Under the pieces are notes generated by a model. The model was not told the origin of the DNA. It saw nothing but the letters and a program-made list of their open reading frames with translations, and searched no databases. A stretch of DNA of 63,786 nt, filler included, from Octopus bimaculoides (lineage: Eukaryota): NCBI RefSeq assembly GCF_001194135.2. It is 5 parts of 5 records of this genome, joined end to end, with 100 filler letters (N's around TTAATTAATTAA, not from the genome) between each part and the next. Parts side by side here need not be neighbours in the genome. Positions count along the whole stretch, not along the records: positions 1 to 22,179 come from NC_068983.1; 4 more parts are not named here. One strand, 5' to 3'. Positions 1 through 12,040 of the stretch are shown here, piece by piece. Both the position numbers and the translations under genes were made by a program. Position 1 is the stretch's first letter; each line of letters opens with the position of its first letter.

Positions 1-84
1 AAAGACTTTATAAGAATTTATCAAGTAGTTAGCGTGAAAAAATCTCATAAGGAAAAAAACCCATAATTTTTTTCCATAAATATA

Positions 85-123
<39 letters not shown>

Positions 124-675
124 TACCTTTGCTTTATATATATATATATATACACATATATATATGTGTGTGTGTCTATATATGTGTGTATGTGTGTGTG
201 TGGTTAATAATATTATTTGTGAATCTCAACGGAGATGAAATAAAGGGCCGTCCAAAGACATTCTCCTTTGTTCTTTCTTATAACCCTGGTTGCTCGTGGT
301 TAATGAAATCTTTCTGCTTTCTTTTTTTAACCTGCGATATTATCTTCAATAATCATCGTTGCGATATTCCACGACGTAGTGGTCTAATCTGCTAGACATA
401 GTAGCCAAAACTCCACAAATTCCCTGAAATCACACTCTACCGTTGTAAAAGTGAGTGTCTTATTTGTTCCTATATATTCCTCAACACTCGAACTATTAAG
501 AAAAAGAGAATCGATGATACGATCAAAAGTTGGACACCTTCGTTAGTCTCCTGCGTGAATACTGGCCTGGGGTTAAATAACTTTCAACTTGGTCTATGTG
601 ACTTGATAGGGGAGAGCGGAGACATCATAGTAGTGACTGAGAGCTTCGCTTGTATTTCGTGTATATACAACTTAC

Positions 676-750
676 CATTGGCCACCTCGTACCCGTTTGC
701 TATTGTGAAGTAGCGTATGAATAACTGAGATGTTTTATAACTTATAAAGT
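676..750 (-). CDS. Possible 75-nt exon (phase 1-1): DFISYKTSQLFIRYFTIANGYEVAN
   Basis: A long (CT)n pyrimidine tract and gaaag acceptor, an open frame, and an AATG|GTAAGT donor. The phase does not match the 1346-1459 exon and there is no recognisable homology. Confidence 0.2.
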
Positions 751-1345
751 CTTTCACAGAGAGAGGGAAGAAAGAGGAGAGAGGGAGGAGAGAGAGAAAA
801 GAGAGAGAGACAGAGAGAAAAGAGAGAGAGAGAGACAGAGAGAAAAGAGAGAGACAGAGAGAAAAGAGAGAGAGAGAGAGAGCTAGCCAGCTTGGTTCGA
901 CATCCTTTACCCCCCTCAACACACAACTGACAATAGTCACATCCCAGTTTCATTGATAAACCTGTTGTTGTTAGTTTCAGTCACTTTCTGAATTTCGCTT
1001 GTTGTTGAAATACTTTTCACGGAAAATTTTTAAGCCAACAGGTAAGTTAATTAAAACAGGCATACTATAATTATTTTGATTTTCCTTTTTTATTTGTTAG
1101 TGAAGATTTTTTTACGAACACTTTAGAACTTTTTACCTTTTCTTTTACACAGTTTTAAGAGCCTTCATAGAACTGGTATTTCTCTTGTTATTATCGCTTT
1201 GTTTGAGGTGACCAAGGCTCTTGACAGATTATTTTAACCTACTGTTTGATAACTTTATCGAAATTAAGATTTATCTTATTTCTAACTTTAAGATATTTCG
1301 TCTAATTCCTATTTTCACCTGAATATGATGTCTCCACAGACTTAC

Positions 1346-1459
1346 TGCCACTTTCAATCCAAAATGGTCAGAACATTGATACCAAATGGTGTCGTTCTTT
1401 TCAAGTTCTGCTCCGTTTGAGAAAAAACCAGGTCTTTCATCGTTCCTAATCTTTTTCAC
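1346..1459 (-). CDS. Candidate internal exon (38 codons, phase 0-0) of an endonuclease/exonuclease/phosphatase (EEP/TDP2-like) protein: VKKIRNDERPGFFSNGAELEKNDTIWYQCSDHFGLKVA
   Basis: On the minus strand a tttatttcag acceptor precedes a 114-nt open frame that ends at a GCA|GTAAGT donor. SDHFGL resembles the C-terminal SDH motif of EEP enzymes. No other exon could be linked to it. Confidence 0.4.
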
Positions 1460-2797
1460 CTGAAATAAATGCTCTTATTACGTTTTACTTTAGCAAATTT
1501 GAAAATAAGCAAGTTTTTAAGATTTAAAATTGTAACCACATTCACATTAAACGTTTGAAAATGTTTTAAACAATATTTTACATTTAAATGATCGAAATAC
1601 TTTATTGTCAAAGATTTATTTGCGCCCCCCCCCACTCAACAAGTGGCGGCAAACCCTAAGGAATGGGCGGGGTGGAGCTTTTTCCCTTTAACAATATCAA
1701 CGGAATTAGATTTTCCTCTGTATTTCATTCTTCAGTACTTCTAGAATTAATACATACGCACAAACACATACACACACATATCTTTATGTATAGACACACT
1801 CGCGGACGGACACGCACACACACACACGCACACTTTTAGTCTTTGAAGAAAGTTTTAAAAAATTTCTGAAGTAAAAAAAAAAATATAAGCAAATATCGGA
1901 TGTGAGTAGAAAGTTTGGAAAGAAAAATAAATAAAAATAAATGTTGATACCAAACTTTGAGGGGACTATCTGATCCCTTTTTTAAAAATACGAGGGACTA
2001 CCTAATCCCTTACCCCTTTTATCTTTTTATTAGGAAGTAATGCCATTGAACTAACTTTAAAATTTTGCAAAAATTTGTTTTAGAGTGAACATAGAAATGT
2101 GTGAAATTGAAAAGCTATCGATCGTAGGAGCTAATCTACTGGAATTCGATCCAAATAAAGTTTTCTAAATTTATTAAATGTTTGAAGATGATCCTAATTA
2201 AAAGTTAATACTTTTGCTTTGAAAGGAAACTCACTTCTATGAATTAGTGGGGTTTAACGGCTGTGACAGCACTTAAAGGGGGGGGGTTCTTTTCAGGATT
2301 TTATTGTTCAAAATTAATTCTAGAATTTATAACAGAAACCTCTCTCTCTGGGCAGTATTTCTCCCAACATGTAATATTTTGTATACATAAGACTACATGA
2401 CCAAAGAGACCCTTCATTTACGACAGTGGGATTCAGATCTGGAGGAAAATTAGGCTGTTATTTCTAGCAGCGAATCGTTTCACTACACAGGCACCTTTCA
2501 TAAGATTGAAGTAAACATCAGTGTTATTTTGCAGTATATCAGTTCTGATCAAGGCACTCTAATCATAATCGGGGTTTTAATTCTCGAATATGTCTATTAA
2601 AACAAGGATGTGAATTTGAGAAAGATTTAATTGCAGGTCAAGAGTCCATTTTTTTTTAAATACCAAGACAGTTGCCCTACAGTGACGTCACTTTGTAAAG
2701 CCAGTAAACCCACCAGAAAAACCAACTCTCTCTCTCTCCCTCTCGTTCTCGGATTTCTTCAGAGAAAGATTTCGTGCGGGTTGTTTTAACTTTAAAG

Positions 2798-2922
2798 CAG
2801 TGGTTTCCAAACTTTTTCAGTTGACCCTCGGGCGTCATTCCTAGCGCCTCCTATCTATCGCCCCCTTTTGGCCAACGTATTATCGCCCCCTGGATCTTTC
2901 CACTGCTCACTCTGGGAACCAG
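2798..2922. mobile_element. hAT/Charlie-type MITE
   Basis: Ends are CAGTGGTTTCC and GGGAACCAG, flanked by near-identical 8-bp TSDs ctttaaag / ttttaaag. Confidence 0.55.
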
Positions 2923-2963
2923 TTTTAAAGTAAATGGTTTTTGCTTGGTTTTCATAAGGCTTC

Positions 2964-3420
2964 TTGTTAATCGATCACTGGCACTACCTACTCATTGTAT
3001 TCTCTCTTCTCTTCAATCAATTAGCCCCCTATCAAATTGCAGAATTGACGGAACTCTTCAGTCGATTCCTGTGTACTCTAAAGCTTAATTATGTCTCCCA
3101 CTCCTTTCCTTCTCCATGTCAATGCTTCCACATGCGCAAAAAACATTACTCTTTCACATCTACCCTATACATTCTACATTGTCTAAATGCCACACCTCAA
3201 ACTTTATTGTTTTTTCAACAGCAAGAAAACTACTGTTAGTCGTATCAAGAAAATATCATTGTACCACACCCTTCCAATCATGAGAAGCACTCAGCTAGAG
3301 CCATCAAAATTCCTCCAAATGTTGGGCCACAAGGATCACTGGGAACCACTCTCTGATCCTTCTTTTCAGGAGCAGGCGACTTTCGGCCCTCTAAAGCTTA
3401 AGTGAGGCTCACAATAGATT
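2964..3420 (+). mobile_element. Highly decayed retroelement-like coding relic (possibly a Penelope-like N-terminal region)
   Basis: ELTELFSRFLCTLKLNY loosely resembles the DL..F.RRLRLK motif of PLE ORFs. Frameshifted and weak. Confidence 0.25.
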
Positions 3421-3924
3421 ATTGTTCTCACATCTGGACCAGTACTGCTGCTGTGCACACACACACACACACACACACATCCTACACTGTATCCAGAAAA
3501 CGGTCACCTGACTGATTAGCATAAAGTCACTCACGGACTTGTTCCAGCTTCAGATCCACCTTACTCACTTTTCTCTGTCTGTCTCTCTCTCTTTTCTACC
3601 ACGGCTGTGATGGCCTTTGCTCTTCAGAGCTGGCTGGATTCATACTACGTTCATCCAAACACTCTTCTCCTCTTATTATCCTTATTATACCTTACTTGCT
3701 ACTAATCACCCCACGCAATCCTTCTTTGATCACCCAGAATTCCTTCTTTTTATGCATTTTCCCCCTCTAGCTGTTGACGGACAAAGAGGTTTATTTATTA
3801 ATGGCGTCAATTTTGCTTGTCTGGAAAGACGTGCGAAGAAGGTTATGAAGATGACCCTTTCGTCCAGACCCAGTGAATAAAAACCTCAAATTACTAGCAG
3901 GATCATATAATAAGGTCGGACTGA

Positions 3925-4020
3925 GGGCGCATGGCTTAGTGGTTAGGGTGTTCAGCTCTCAATTGTAAAGTTGTGAGTTCGATTCCTGGCAGTGGCACAT
4001 TGTGTCCTTGATCAAGACAA
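3925..4020 (+). mobile_element. tRNA-derived SINE head (family C-like), truncated
   Basis: A box TGGCTTAGTGG and B box GAGTTCGATTCC, followed by a CORE-like ttgtgtccttgatcaagaca segment. Confidence 0.65.
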
Positions 4021-4109
4021 CTGGCTTGGGAATGAAATTTGCTTGGGGGTGGGGAATCCAGGTCCAAACATCTTTACAAATAAGATCGTTTTTTTCTAAT
4101 TTTTTTTTA

Positions 4110-4466
4110 TTTGTTTCAGTCATTTGACTGCGGCCATGCTGGAGCACAGCCTTTAGTCGAACAAATCGACCCCGTGACTTATTCTTTGTAAGCCTAGTAC
4201 TTGTTCTATCGCTCCCTTTTGCTGAACTGCTAAGTTACAGGGATGTAAACATACCAACATCGGTTGTCAAGCTATGGTGGGGGTGACAAACACACACACA
4301 CACATATAGATATATATGACAGGCTTCTTTCAGTTTCCACTTCCAAGGCTTTGGTCGGCCCAAAGCTTTAGTACAAGACACTTGCCCTAGGTGTCATGCA
4401 GGGGGACTAAATCTGGAACCATGTGATTAGGAAGCAAGCTTCTTACCACACAGCCACTCCTGCACC
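4110..4466 (-). mobile_element. tRNA-derived SINE family A, near full length
   Basis: Reverse complement of the 44555-44970 copy: A/B-box head, CORE-like ccttgggcaagtg, internal (CA)n and a cagtcaaatgactgaaac tail. Confidence 0.85.
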
Positions 4467-4707
4467 TACATGTTATTTTTGTTCTTCGAGAAGAAACATA
4501 ATTCAAGGTCCTTTTTACAGATCACTTTTCATTCACTGTTTCTCTAAACCCGAGAAAAGCAAGTAAGGGGTGCAAAGTTTGATTTTGTACTCCACAGAAA
4601 GACATTCTTTTGTTACAAAAATTTTAGGGGACACAAGCGCACACCCTGTTCCTGGACCCATGAGCAAGACACTTTGTTGTTCCAATCCACTCAGCTGAGA
4701 AAAATGA

Positions 4708-4890
4708 GTAGTACCTGTAATTCAAAGGGCCAGCCTCGTCACATTCTGTGTCACGCTGAATCTTCCTGAGAACTGTGTTAAGGGTACGCATGTCTGTGGA
4801 GTGCTCAGCCACTTGCACATTAATTTCACAAGCAGGCTGTTCTGTCGATCAACCGGAATCTTTGTCATTGTAACCGACGGGAGTACCAGT
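4708..4890 (+). mobile_element. SINE family C, 3' part
   Basis: Nearly identical to 19645-19785 (tacctgtaattcaaa...gtggagtgctcagccacttgcacattaatttca). Confidence 0.75.
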
Positions 4891-5402
4891 TAACAATACA
4901 TCTAACAATCTCCCCCCCCCACAAAACATTTTCATTTCTCCTCTCTTATCTCAGGCCTTCGATTGATCTGAACCTATGGTAAACAGCAATTATTGTATAA
5001 TGAGATTATTAAAAAAAAAATCTTGAGTTTCTGTGAAATCTGGAAAAGGTTAAATATCACCAAATACATGAGCGATAACTAAAAGTTATTATTTTTAACA
5101 TTTCTCACTCGACTACTTCTGGATGTCTTTTTTTTTATTATTTTTAAATTGTTTTAAATGTGAGGCCTTTTAGTAAAAAGTCTGATCTGGAGATTTCAAT
5201 GAAAAGCCAATCCTGTTCACACAAATACTTTTTTTGTTTTTAAAGCAATTTTCTGTATAAACAATGTTGTAAATCTTTGGGAAGTCAACTTCCACTTAAA
5301 TAGGAGCATTCTAATCTGTGAACTCGAATTGTCAGTTAATTTATAAACATCATGCTGCTCTTGTTATCATATTTCTGTTCAATTACACAGCGTTTGTTTT
5401 AA

Positions 5403-5685
5403 TTCATCATCATCAACGTCCGTTGTTTGTGCTGGCATGCTAGAAGGCTGCAGCAGACTCCTGTCTGATTTGGCATGGTATTCTATGGCTGGATGCCCTT
5501 CCTAATGCCAACCACTCTAATAGTATAGTGGGTGCTTTTACGTGCCATTTAGGCGACACTGGGGTGCGTTTGCGTGACACCAGTATCTACCACGACTGCG
5601 ATTGTGCTCGGCTTGATGGGTCTTCTTCTCAAGCACGACATAATGTCAAAAGTCTTGGTCATTGCCTCTGTTAGGACTCAAAAGG
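5403..5685 (-). mobile_element. SINE family V (GGAAGGGCATCC core, (GAT)n tail)
   Basis: catcatcatcaacgtcc...ggatgcccttcctaatgccaaccactc, shared with more than 10 other copies in the window. Confidence 0.8.
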
Positions 5686-6088
5686 AGCTCAACCACCTTG
5701 CCTCAGTGAGACTCAACACTTGAAAGGAGCTCAGCCACTCTGCCTCAGTGAGACACAACACTCGAAAGGAGCTCTGCCTCAGTGAGACTCAACACTCGAA
5801 AGGAGCTCAGCCACTCTGCCTCAGTGAGACTCAACACGCGAAAGGAGCTCAGCCACTTGGCCTCAGTGAGGCTCAACACTCGAAAGGAGCTCAGCCACTC
5901 TGCCTCAATGAGGCTCAACACTCGAAAGGAGCTCAGCCACTCTGCCTCAGTGAGGCTCAACACTCGAAAGGAGCTCAGCCACTCTGCCTCAATGAGGCTC
6001 AACACTCGAAAGGAGCTCAGCCACTCTGCCTCAGTGAGGCTCAACACTCGAAAGGAGCTCAGCCACTTGGCCTCAGTGGGGCTCAACA
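5686..6088. repeat. 42-bp minisatellite (about 9.5 units) grown from a SINE-internal segment
   Basis: Unit gcctcagtgaggctcaacactcgaaaggagctcagccactct. A single diverged unit occurs in the family V copy at about 13760-13795. It explains the 14-aa repeat ORFs. Confidence 0.9.
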
Positions 6089-6832
6089 CCCTGGGGGAAA
6101 AATTTTAAAAATGAAGAATTCAGTCAAATAATTGTCGATATTGAGCTGGTATTTGGAACATTAATCAACATAAAATTCAAATGGAAGATTTTCATTTAGA
6201 TCCCTTACAAAATAGGAAGTTTATATTCTACAGTTGAGTAATTTCAGGCAGATTAGTATCGAAAGGGTTAAATTAGACTAAAAATTAATGTTTTTTTCAT
6301 TGTTGCTATATAAACTAGAACAATACAAAGATCATGGAATTTTTCTAAGTGCATTAACAATAATGTTTTCAGCAAATAAATGTATTTAACAAGGATAGTA
6401 TTGTTTGATACAATATAGTCACTCCACCAGATTGCTGTATAGGCAGAAAAATATATTTTGTATAGAACTCTTGATAAAAGAATCTGGAGTGAGCTTTTGG
6501 ATTAAGATCATAAAATGAAATCGAAAAGCAACTCTGCATTAAATATCAATGGAATGAAAAGAGAGCATTACCTGAATTAACTGTATAGTGAAAAACTGGC
6601 ACTCTGTCGATTGTGACAAGGGTTCCGGGTGATCCGTTGAATGGAACAGCGTGCATATGAAATTAAAGTGCAAAGTGGCTGAGTACTCCAAAGACACGTG
6701 TACCCATAACCTATAAAGCGCTGGGATTTGCACTTACATAGCATGGACTGCTGAGCACATTTTATGAAAATGAGACTACCATGCACACATAAAAAACAAA
6801 AAATAGTTAAATTATCTTCTTAGTATATAATA

Positions 6833-7192
6833 CTCTTTTACTTGTTTCAGTCATTTGACTGTGGCCATGCTGGAGCACCGCCTTTAGTCGAGCAAATCAA
6901 CCCCAGGACTTATTCTTTGGAAGCCTAATACTTATTCTATCGGTCTCTTTTGCCGAACCGCTAAGTTAAGGGGACGTAAACACACCAGCATCGGTTGTCA
7001 AGCGATGGTGGACACACACACACATACATGACAGGCTTCTTTTAGTTCCCATCTATCAAATCCACTCACAAGGCTTTGGTCAGCACAAGGCTATAGTAGA
7101 AGACACTTGCCCAAGGTGCCACACAGTGGGACTCAACCCGGAACCATGTGATTCGTGAGCAAGCTACTTACCACACAGCCACTCCCACGCCT
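6833..7192 (-). mobile_element. SINE family A, full length
   Basis: Same head, core and tail as 44555-44970, in reverse orientation. Confidence 0.9.
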
Positions 7193-7269
7193 ATATATTT
7201 AATTGTTTATGTTATGATTTTATTTACTCCATCTACCCAGACCTTGTGGACACCCTGTAGATCAAATGA

Positions 7270-7437
7270 AAGGTAGTGAGCTGGCAGAAACGTTAGCACA
7301 CCGGGCGAAATGCTTAGCGGTATTTTGTCTGCCACTACATTCCGAGTTCAAATTCCGCCAAGGTCAACTCTGTCTTTCATCCTTTCGGAGTCGATTAGAT
7401 AAGTACCAATGATGCACTGGGCAATAAAGAAATAAAT
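7270..7437 (+). mobile_element. tRNA-derived SINE family B
   Basis: Head aaggtagtgagctggcagaa...gagttcaaattcc and conserved central block ctttcatcctttcggagtcgat...aagtacca. Homologous to 10243-10460 and 61470-61680. Confidence 0.8.
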
Positions 7438-7487
7438 ATAGATCAAATAAAATATATATGAATGTCCCAATGAATTTTGTTTTTTCT

Positions 7488-7700
7488 GGTTTCAGTCATT
7501 TGACTGTGGCCATGCCGGAGCACCACCTTTAGTCAAACAAATCAACACTGGGACTTATTCTTTGTAAGCCTAGTACTTATTCTATCAGTCTCTTTTGCTG
7601 AACCGCTTAGTTACAGGGACGTAAACACACCAACACCAGTTGTCAAATGATGGTGGTGGTGGTGGGGACAAACACACTCATAAATACACACACACACACA
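7488..7700 (-). mobile_element. SINE family A, 3' half
   Basis: tttcagtcatttgactgtggcc...ccagttgtcaaatgatggtgg. Confidence 0.85.
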
Positions 7701-8107
7701 CATATGATTTTGTTTAAAAGAGTTCCAACTCTGTCTTTTTTGTTTTATTTATATTCCTGCAAAACCAATGTGGGATATAGAATATGGAATATACAATATA
7801 TAATATAAAATAAAAATGGATGGTACAATGAAATAAAGTATTGAATGTCTTATTGAATATATGGAATATGTCTTATTGAATAGATGAAATATTGAGTGTT
7901 CAATATAAAAGATTAAATATATAAAGGCGAATACGTATTTTCTATACCTTGTGGTATTTCATCATGGCCGGTATGACAGACTTTAACAGACTGTCATATA
8001 TATATNNNNNNNNNNNNNNNNNNNNNNNNNNNNNNNNNNNNNNNNNNNNNNNNNNNNNNNNNNNNNNNNNNNNNNNNNTATACATACATACATACATACA
8101 TACATAC

Positions 8108-8263
8108 ATGATGGGCTTCTTTCTGTCTACCAAATCCATTCACAAGGCTTTGGTCAGCCCGAGGCTATAGAAGATACTTGCCCAAGGTGCCATGCAGTGG
8201 GACTGAACCTGGAACCTTTTGGTTGGGAAGCAAGCTTCTTACTGCACAGCCACTCCTGTGCCT
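8108..8263 (-). mobile_element. SINE family A, 5' half
   Basis: gggcttctttc...ccaaggtgccatgcagtgggactgaacc...cacagccactcctg. Confidence 0.85.
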
Positions 8264-8316
8264 ATATATATATTTGTGAAACGATATGAAAAAATATTTA
8301 ATTTGTTGGCTACTAA

Positions 8317-8605
8317 AGTGCCGGAGTAGCTGTGTGGTAAGAAGCTTGCTTCCCAGCCACGTGATTCCAGGTTCAATCATCTATGTGTGTGTGTGTGTGT
8401 GTCTTTGTATCTATGTTCCCCCATCACCGTTTGACAACTGGTGTTGGTATGTTCATGTCCACATGACTTAGCAGTTCAGCAAAAGAGACTGACTGAATAA
8501 GTACCAGGCTTACAAAGAATAAGCCCTGGGGGTTGATTCATTTGACTAAAAAATACTTTGAGGTGGTGCCCCAGCACGGCCGCACTCAAATGACTGAAAC
8601 AGGGA
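8317..8605 (+). mobile_element. SINE family A, internally deleted, head-to-head with the preceding copy
   Basis: Head gctgtgtggtaagaagcttgcttccc, (TG)n, and tail ggccgcactcaaatgactgaaac. Confidence 0.8.
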
Positions 8606-8732
8606 ACAGGTAAAAGATATGTCAAATGTCAATCAAAACCTGCCTGGGTGTTGTTGTTTTGATTTCTATACCACCAAATTCTTGTCGAGAATTTGGAATC
8701 ATAACATCTTGTGTCCCATGTATGATGCTCTT

Positions 8733-9157
8733 TTACTTGTTTGTCATTTGATTGCAGCCATGCTGGAGCACCGCCTTTAGTTGAGCAAATCGACCCCAGG
8801 ACTTACTCTTTGTAAGCCTAGTACTTATTCTATCAGTCTCTTTTGCTGAACTGCTAAGTTATAGGGACGCAAACACACCAGCATTGGTTGTCAAGCGATG
8901 TTGGAGTGACAAACACAGACACACAAACATATACACAAACATACATACACATACACACATATATATATATATATATATATACATACATACATGATGGGCT
9001 TCTTTCAGTTTTCGTCTACCAAATCCACTCACAAGGCTTTGGTCGGCCCGAGGCTATAGTAGAAGACACTTGCCCAAGGTGTCACACAGTGGGAATGAGC
9101 CAGGAACCATGTGATTGGTAAGCAAGCTACTTACCATACAGCTACTCCTGCGCCTAT
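8733..9157 (-). mobile_element. SINE family A, full length
   Basis: Complete head, core, microsatellite and tail structure. Confidence 0.9.
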
Positions 9158-9184
9158 AGAATATTTTTTTATAATTCTAGTTTG

Positions 9185-9480
9185 TCATCATCATGGGTGG
9201 GACGGTTTGACAGGAGCTATTCAGGCAGAAGCTTGCACCAGACTTCTGTGACTGTTTTGGCAGGGCTTTTACAGCTGGATGCCCTTCCTAACACCAACCA
9301 CTCAGCAGAGTGGACTCAGTGCTTTTTACGTGGCACAACCAAAATCAGTTTTGGCAAGGATTTTACAGTTGGATGCTCTTTCAGACGCCAACCACTTTAC
9401 ACTGTGGACTGAGTGTTTTTTATGTGTCACCTGCCCTGACAGGGTCACCAAGTACCTTGCAAGACAAAAGTGTTCGAGTG
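9185..9480 (-). mobile_element. SINE family V
   Basis: ggatgcccttcctaacaccaaccactc core present twice (internal duplication). Closely similar to 17990-18340. Confidence 0.75.
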
Positions 9481-9509
9481 AAGATGTGTTGTTGGGGTTT
9501 ATTTCCCCA

Positions 9510-9785
9510 TAACTTAGCAGTGTCTTTTGTTGAACTGCTAAGTTATGGGGAAATGAACTCGCCAACATTGGTGTCAAGCGATGGTGGGGAGATAGACACA
9601 CAAACACACACACATATATATATATACAACAAGCTTCTTTCAGTTTCCATCTACCAAAGTCTACAAGGCTTTGGTTGGCCTGAGGCTATAGTAGAAGACA
9701 CTTGGCCAAGGTACCACACAGTGGGACTGAACCTGGAACCATGTGGTTAGGAAGCAAACTTCTTACTACATGTCACTCTTGTGCC
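9510..9785 (-). mobile_element. SINE family A, 3'-truncated
   Basis: Head and core homology. Confidence 0.8.
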
Positions 9786-9816
<31 letters not shown>

Positions 9817-10242
9817 TGTAAATGCAAAAACACAAAGGATTCTGCGGTACACGTGTTTCAAGCTTTATATCAGTGTAAAATTGACAATATAAAGCTATCT
9901 TCAGTCGCAAATGTATGTATTCTCTCCCAAGAATTATATCACATAGGCGTTAAAGGAGGAAGAAAGATGAGATATAAGAGGTGAGGTTCCGTTTGGTATT
10001 TTGCATTGTACCATACCTTGTAGAATTCTTAATTTGATATATTTATACATAAATTTCTCGGTACTCCGGAATCTGTCCATACCTTGCCACAATTCAGTGT
10101 GTAGTGTTAAGTTGGTGGTTAAAAACAATACAATAAAAAAACATAACAAAAATGAAATAATATAAAATAAAATAGGAATATAAAATACTAAGAAGAAAAA
10201 AAATATATATATATATATATACCACAAATATGGAGGGGGATA

Positions 10243-10460
10243 AAGGTGGTGAGCTGGCAGAATCGTTAGCATGCCGGGCAAAATGCTTAGTGGTATTTTG
10301 CCCATCACTACAATCTGAGTTCAAATTCCACTGTAGTTGACTTTGCCTTTCATCCTTTCAGGGTTGATAAATTAGTACCAGTCGAGTACTAGGGGTCAAT
10401 GTAATTAACTATCTCCCTCTCCCAAATTTCAGGCCTTGTGCCTATAATAGAAAGGATTAT
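10243..10460 (+). mobile_element. SINE family B, full length
   Basis: tRNA-like head, central ctttcatcctttcagggttgataaattagtacc block and ttgtgcctataatagaaaggatt tail. Confidence 0.85.
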
Positions 10461-10603
10461 GGAGGAGGTACTTGGCTACCCCAGGAGGGGAAGGTGAGAG
10501 TGAGTCAGAGAAAGAAAGAAAATAGATGTTGTTAGAGATGTAATTGGGACTATCTAAGTATATATTTAGATTTTATTAAATACAAAATTAATTTTAAAAC
10601 CGA

Positions 10604-11720
10604 GGAAGAATTTTGTAAAATACTTTTGTCATAATTAAGTTAGTGTTTGAAACTTAAATCAACATGAGATTCTGATGGGAAGTTTTAATTTAGTTCACTT
10701 TAAAACCTGAAGTTTGCATTGTCATAGAAGTAGGGATGGTTTCAGGTGGGTTGGGATTACAGTACGAATAGCACAGGTGTGGCTGTGTGGTAAGAAGCTT
10801 GCTTCCCAACCACATGGTTCTGGGTTCAGTTTATAAACACCTCTCATTACAAACAAATTGGCTTACAATTTTTCAAACACAAAATGTCTTGGGTAACAAA
10901 CAGTGTCTGGAGTAATGAATATGGTTGGCAGCAAGAATGGTTGGCAGCAGGCTGGGAGCATCAAGTGGAGAGTGTTGGTTAGTTTCCAGCTTCCACTCAG
11001 TGTACATCCCTGTTTGAATTTGACATTCCTTCTCTTGCAGTTGCTATGGAAAAATAGTTTCAATCTACAAACAACCTTCAGGAACTATTTAAGTTCATAA
11101 ACCAAAGTTCTACTGTATTTAAAGCATTGATTGCTTCTTCAGACAATTTAATGATATTTATGTTTGTGTTCCATTGCTATGGTTTCTGCTTGTATTTTTG
11201 CTTCAGTTTGCATCCAGGAAATGATGGGCTTCATTGTAGAATATCTTGACAAAATCTTGAAACCAAAAAATATTCAATGATGAAAGCATTTACTGCTGAA
11301 CTAGTTTCACTTCCTGCAAAATTTTGAAGATCACTTTAAACTCTTCTATTACCATATTTCTACTGAATTACACTGAGTTTTTGTTTTCAATTAATTTAAA
11401 ATGTAATGAAGAATTTTGTAAAATAATTTTGTCGTCATAATTAAGTTGGAATTTGAAATCTAAATCAACACAAGTTTCTGATGGGAAGTTTTAATTTAGT
11501 TCAGTTTAAAACCTGAAGTTTGCATTGTCATAGAAGTAGGGTGGGTTGGGATTACAGCATGAATAGCGCAGGTGTGGCTGTGTGGTAAAGAAGTTTGCTT
11601 CCCAATCGCATGGTTCCAGGCTGTCATGGAAGTAGGGATGGTTCAGGTGGGTTGGAATTAAAGTATGAACAAATAGCACAGGTGTGGCTTCGCAACCACA
11701 AACCACATGGTTCCGGGTTC
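10604..11720 (+). repeat. Local direct duplication (about 215 bp) of a MITE-half + SINE-head junction (10604-10820 and 11408-11620, partial third copy 11622-11720)
   Basis: Both copies share ttttaatttagttca.tttaaaacctgaagtttgcattgtcatagaagtaggg...caggtgtggctgtgtggtaa. Confidence 0.75.
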
Positions 11721-12040
11721 AGTCCCACTGCATGGCACCTTGGCCAAGTGTCTTTTACCATAGCCTCAGGCCAACCAAAGCCTTGTGATTGGATTTGGTA
11801 GATGGAGACTAAAAGAAGCCTGTTGTATGTGTGTTTGTCCCCTCACCACCACTTCTTGACAACCAGTGTTGGTGCGTTAACGTCCTTGTAACTTGGTGGT
11901 TCAGCAAAAGAGACTGATAGAATAAGTACCAAGCTTTTCAAATAAGAAAGTACTAGGGTTGATTTATTCTACTAAAAATTCTTCAAGGTGGTGCCCCAGC
12001 ATGGCCACAGTCAAATGACTGAAACAAGTGAAATATAAAA
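11675..12040 (+). mobile_element. SINE family A, near full length
   Basis: B box ggttcagtccc, CORE-like block and gtcaaatgactgaaacaag tail. Confidence 0.85.

Noticed and set aside
1-753. 14-nt inverted match aaagactttataag (1-14 vs 740-753)
   Set aside because: Too short and AT-rich to support a TIR pair.
3808-3872. Stem-loop gtctgga...tccagac as a SECIS element or ribozyme
   Set aside because: Lacks the correctly placed AUGA/GA quartet with an apical AA motif and lacks a hammerhead core.
5745-6131. 14-aa repeat ORFs as a real protein
   Set aside because: Produced by a 42-bp minisatellite inside a SINE; no splice signals or homology.
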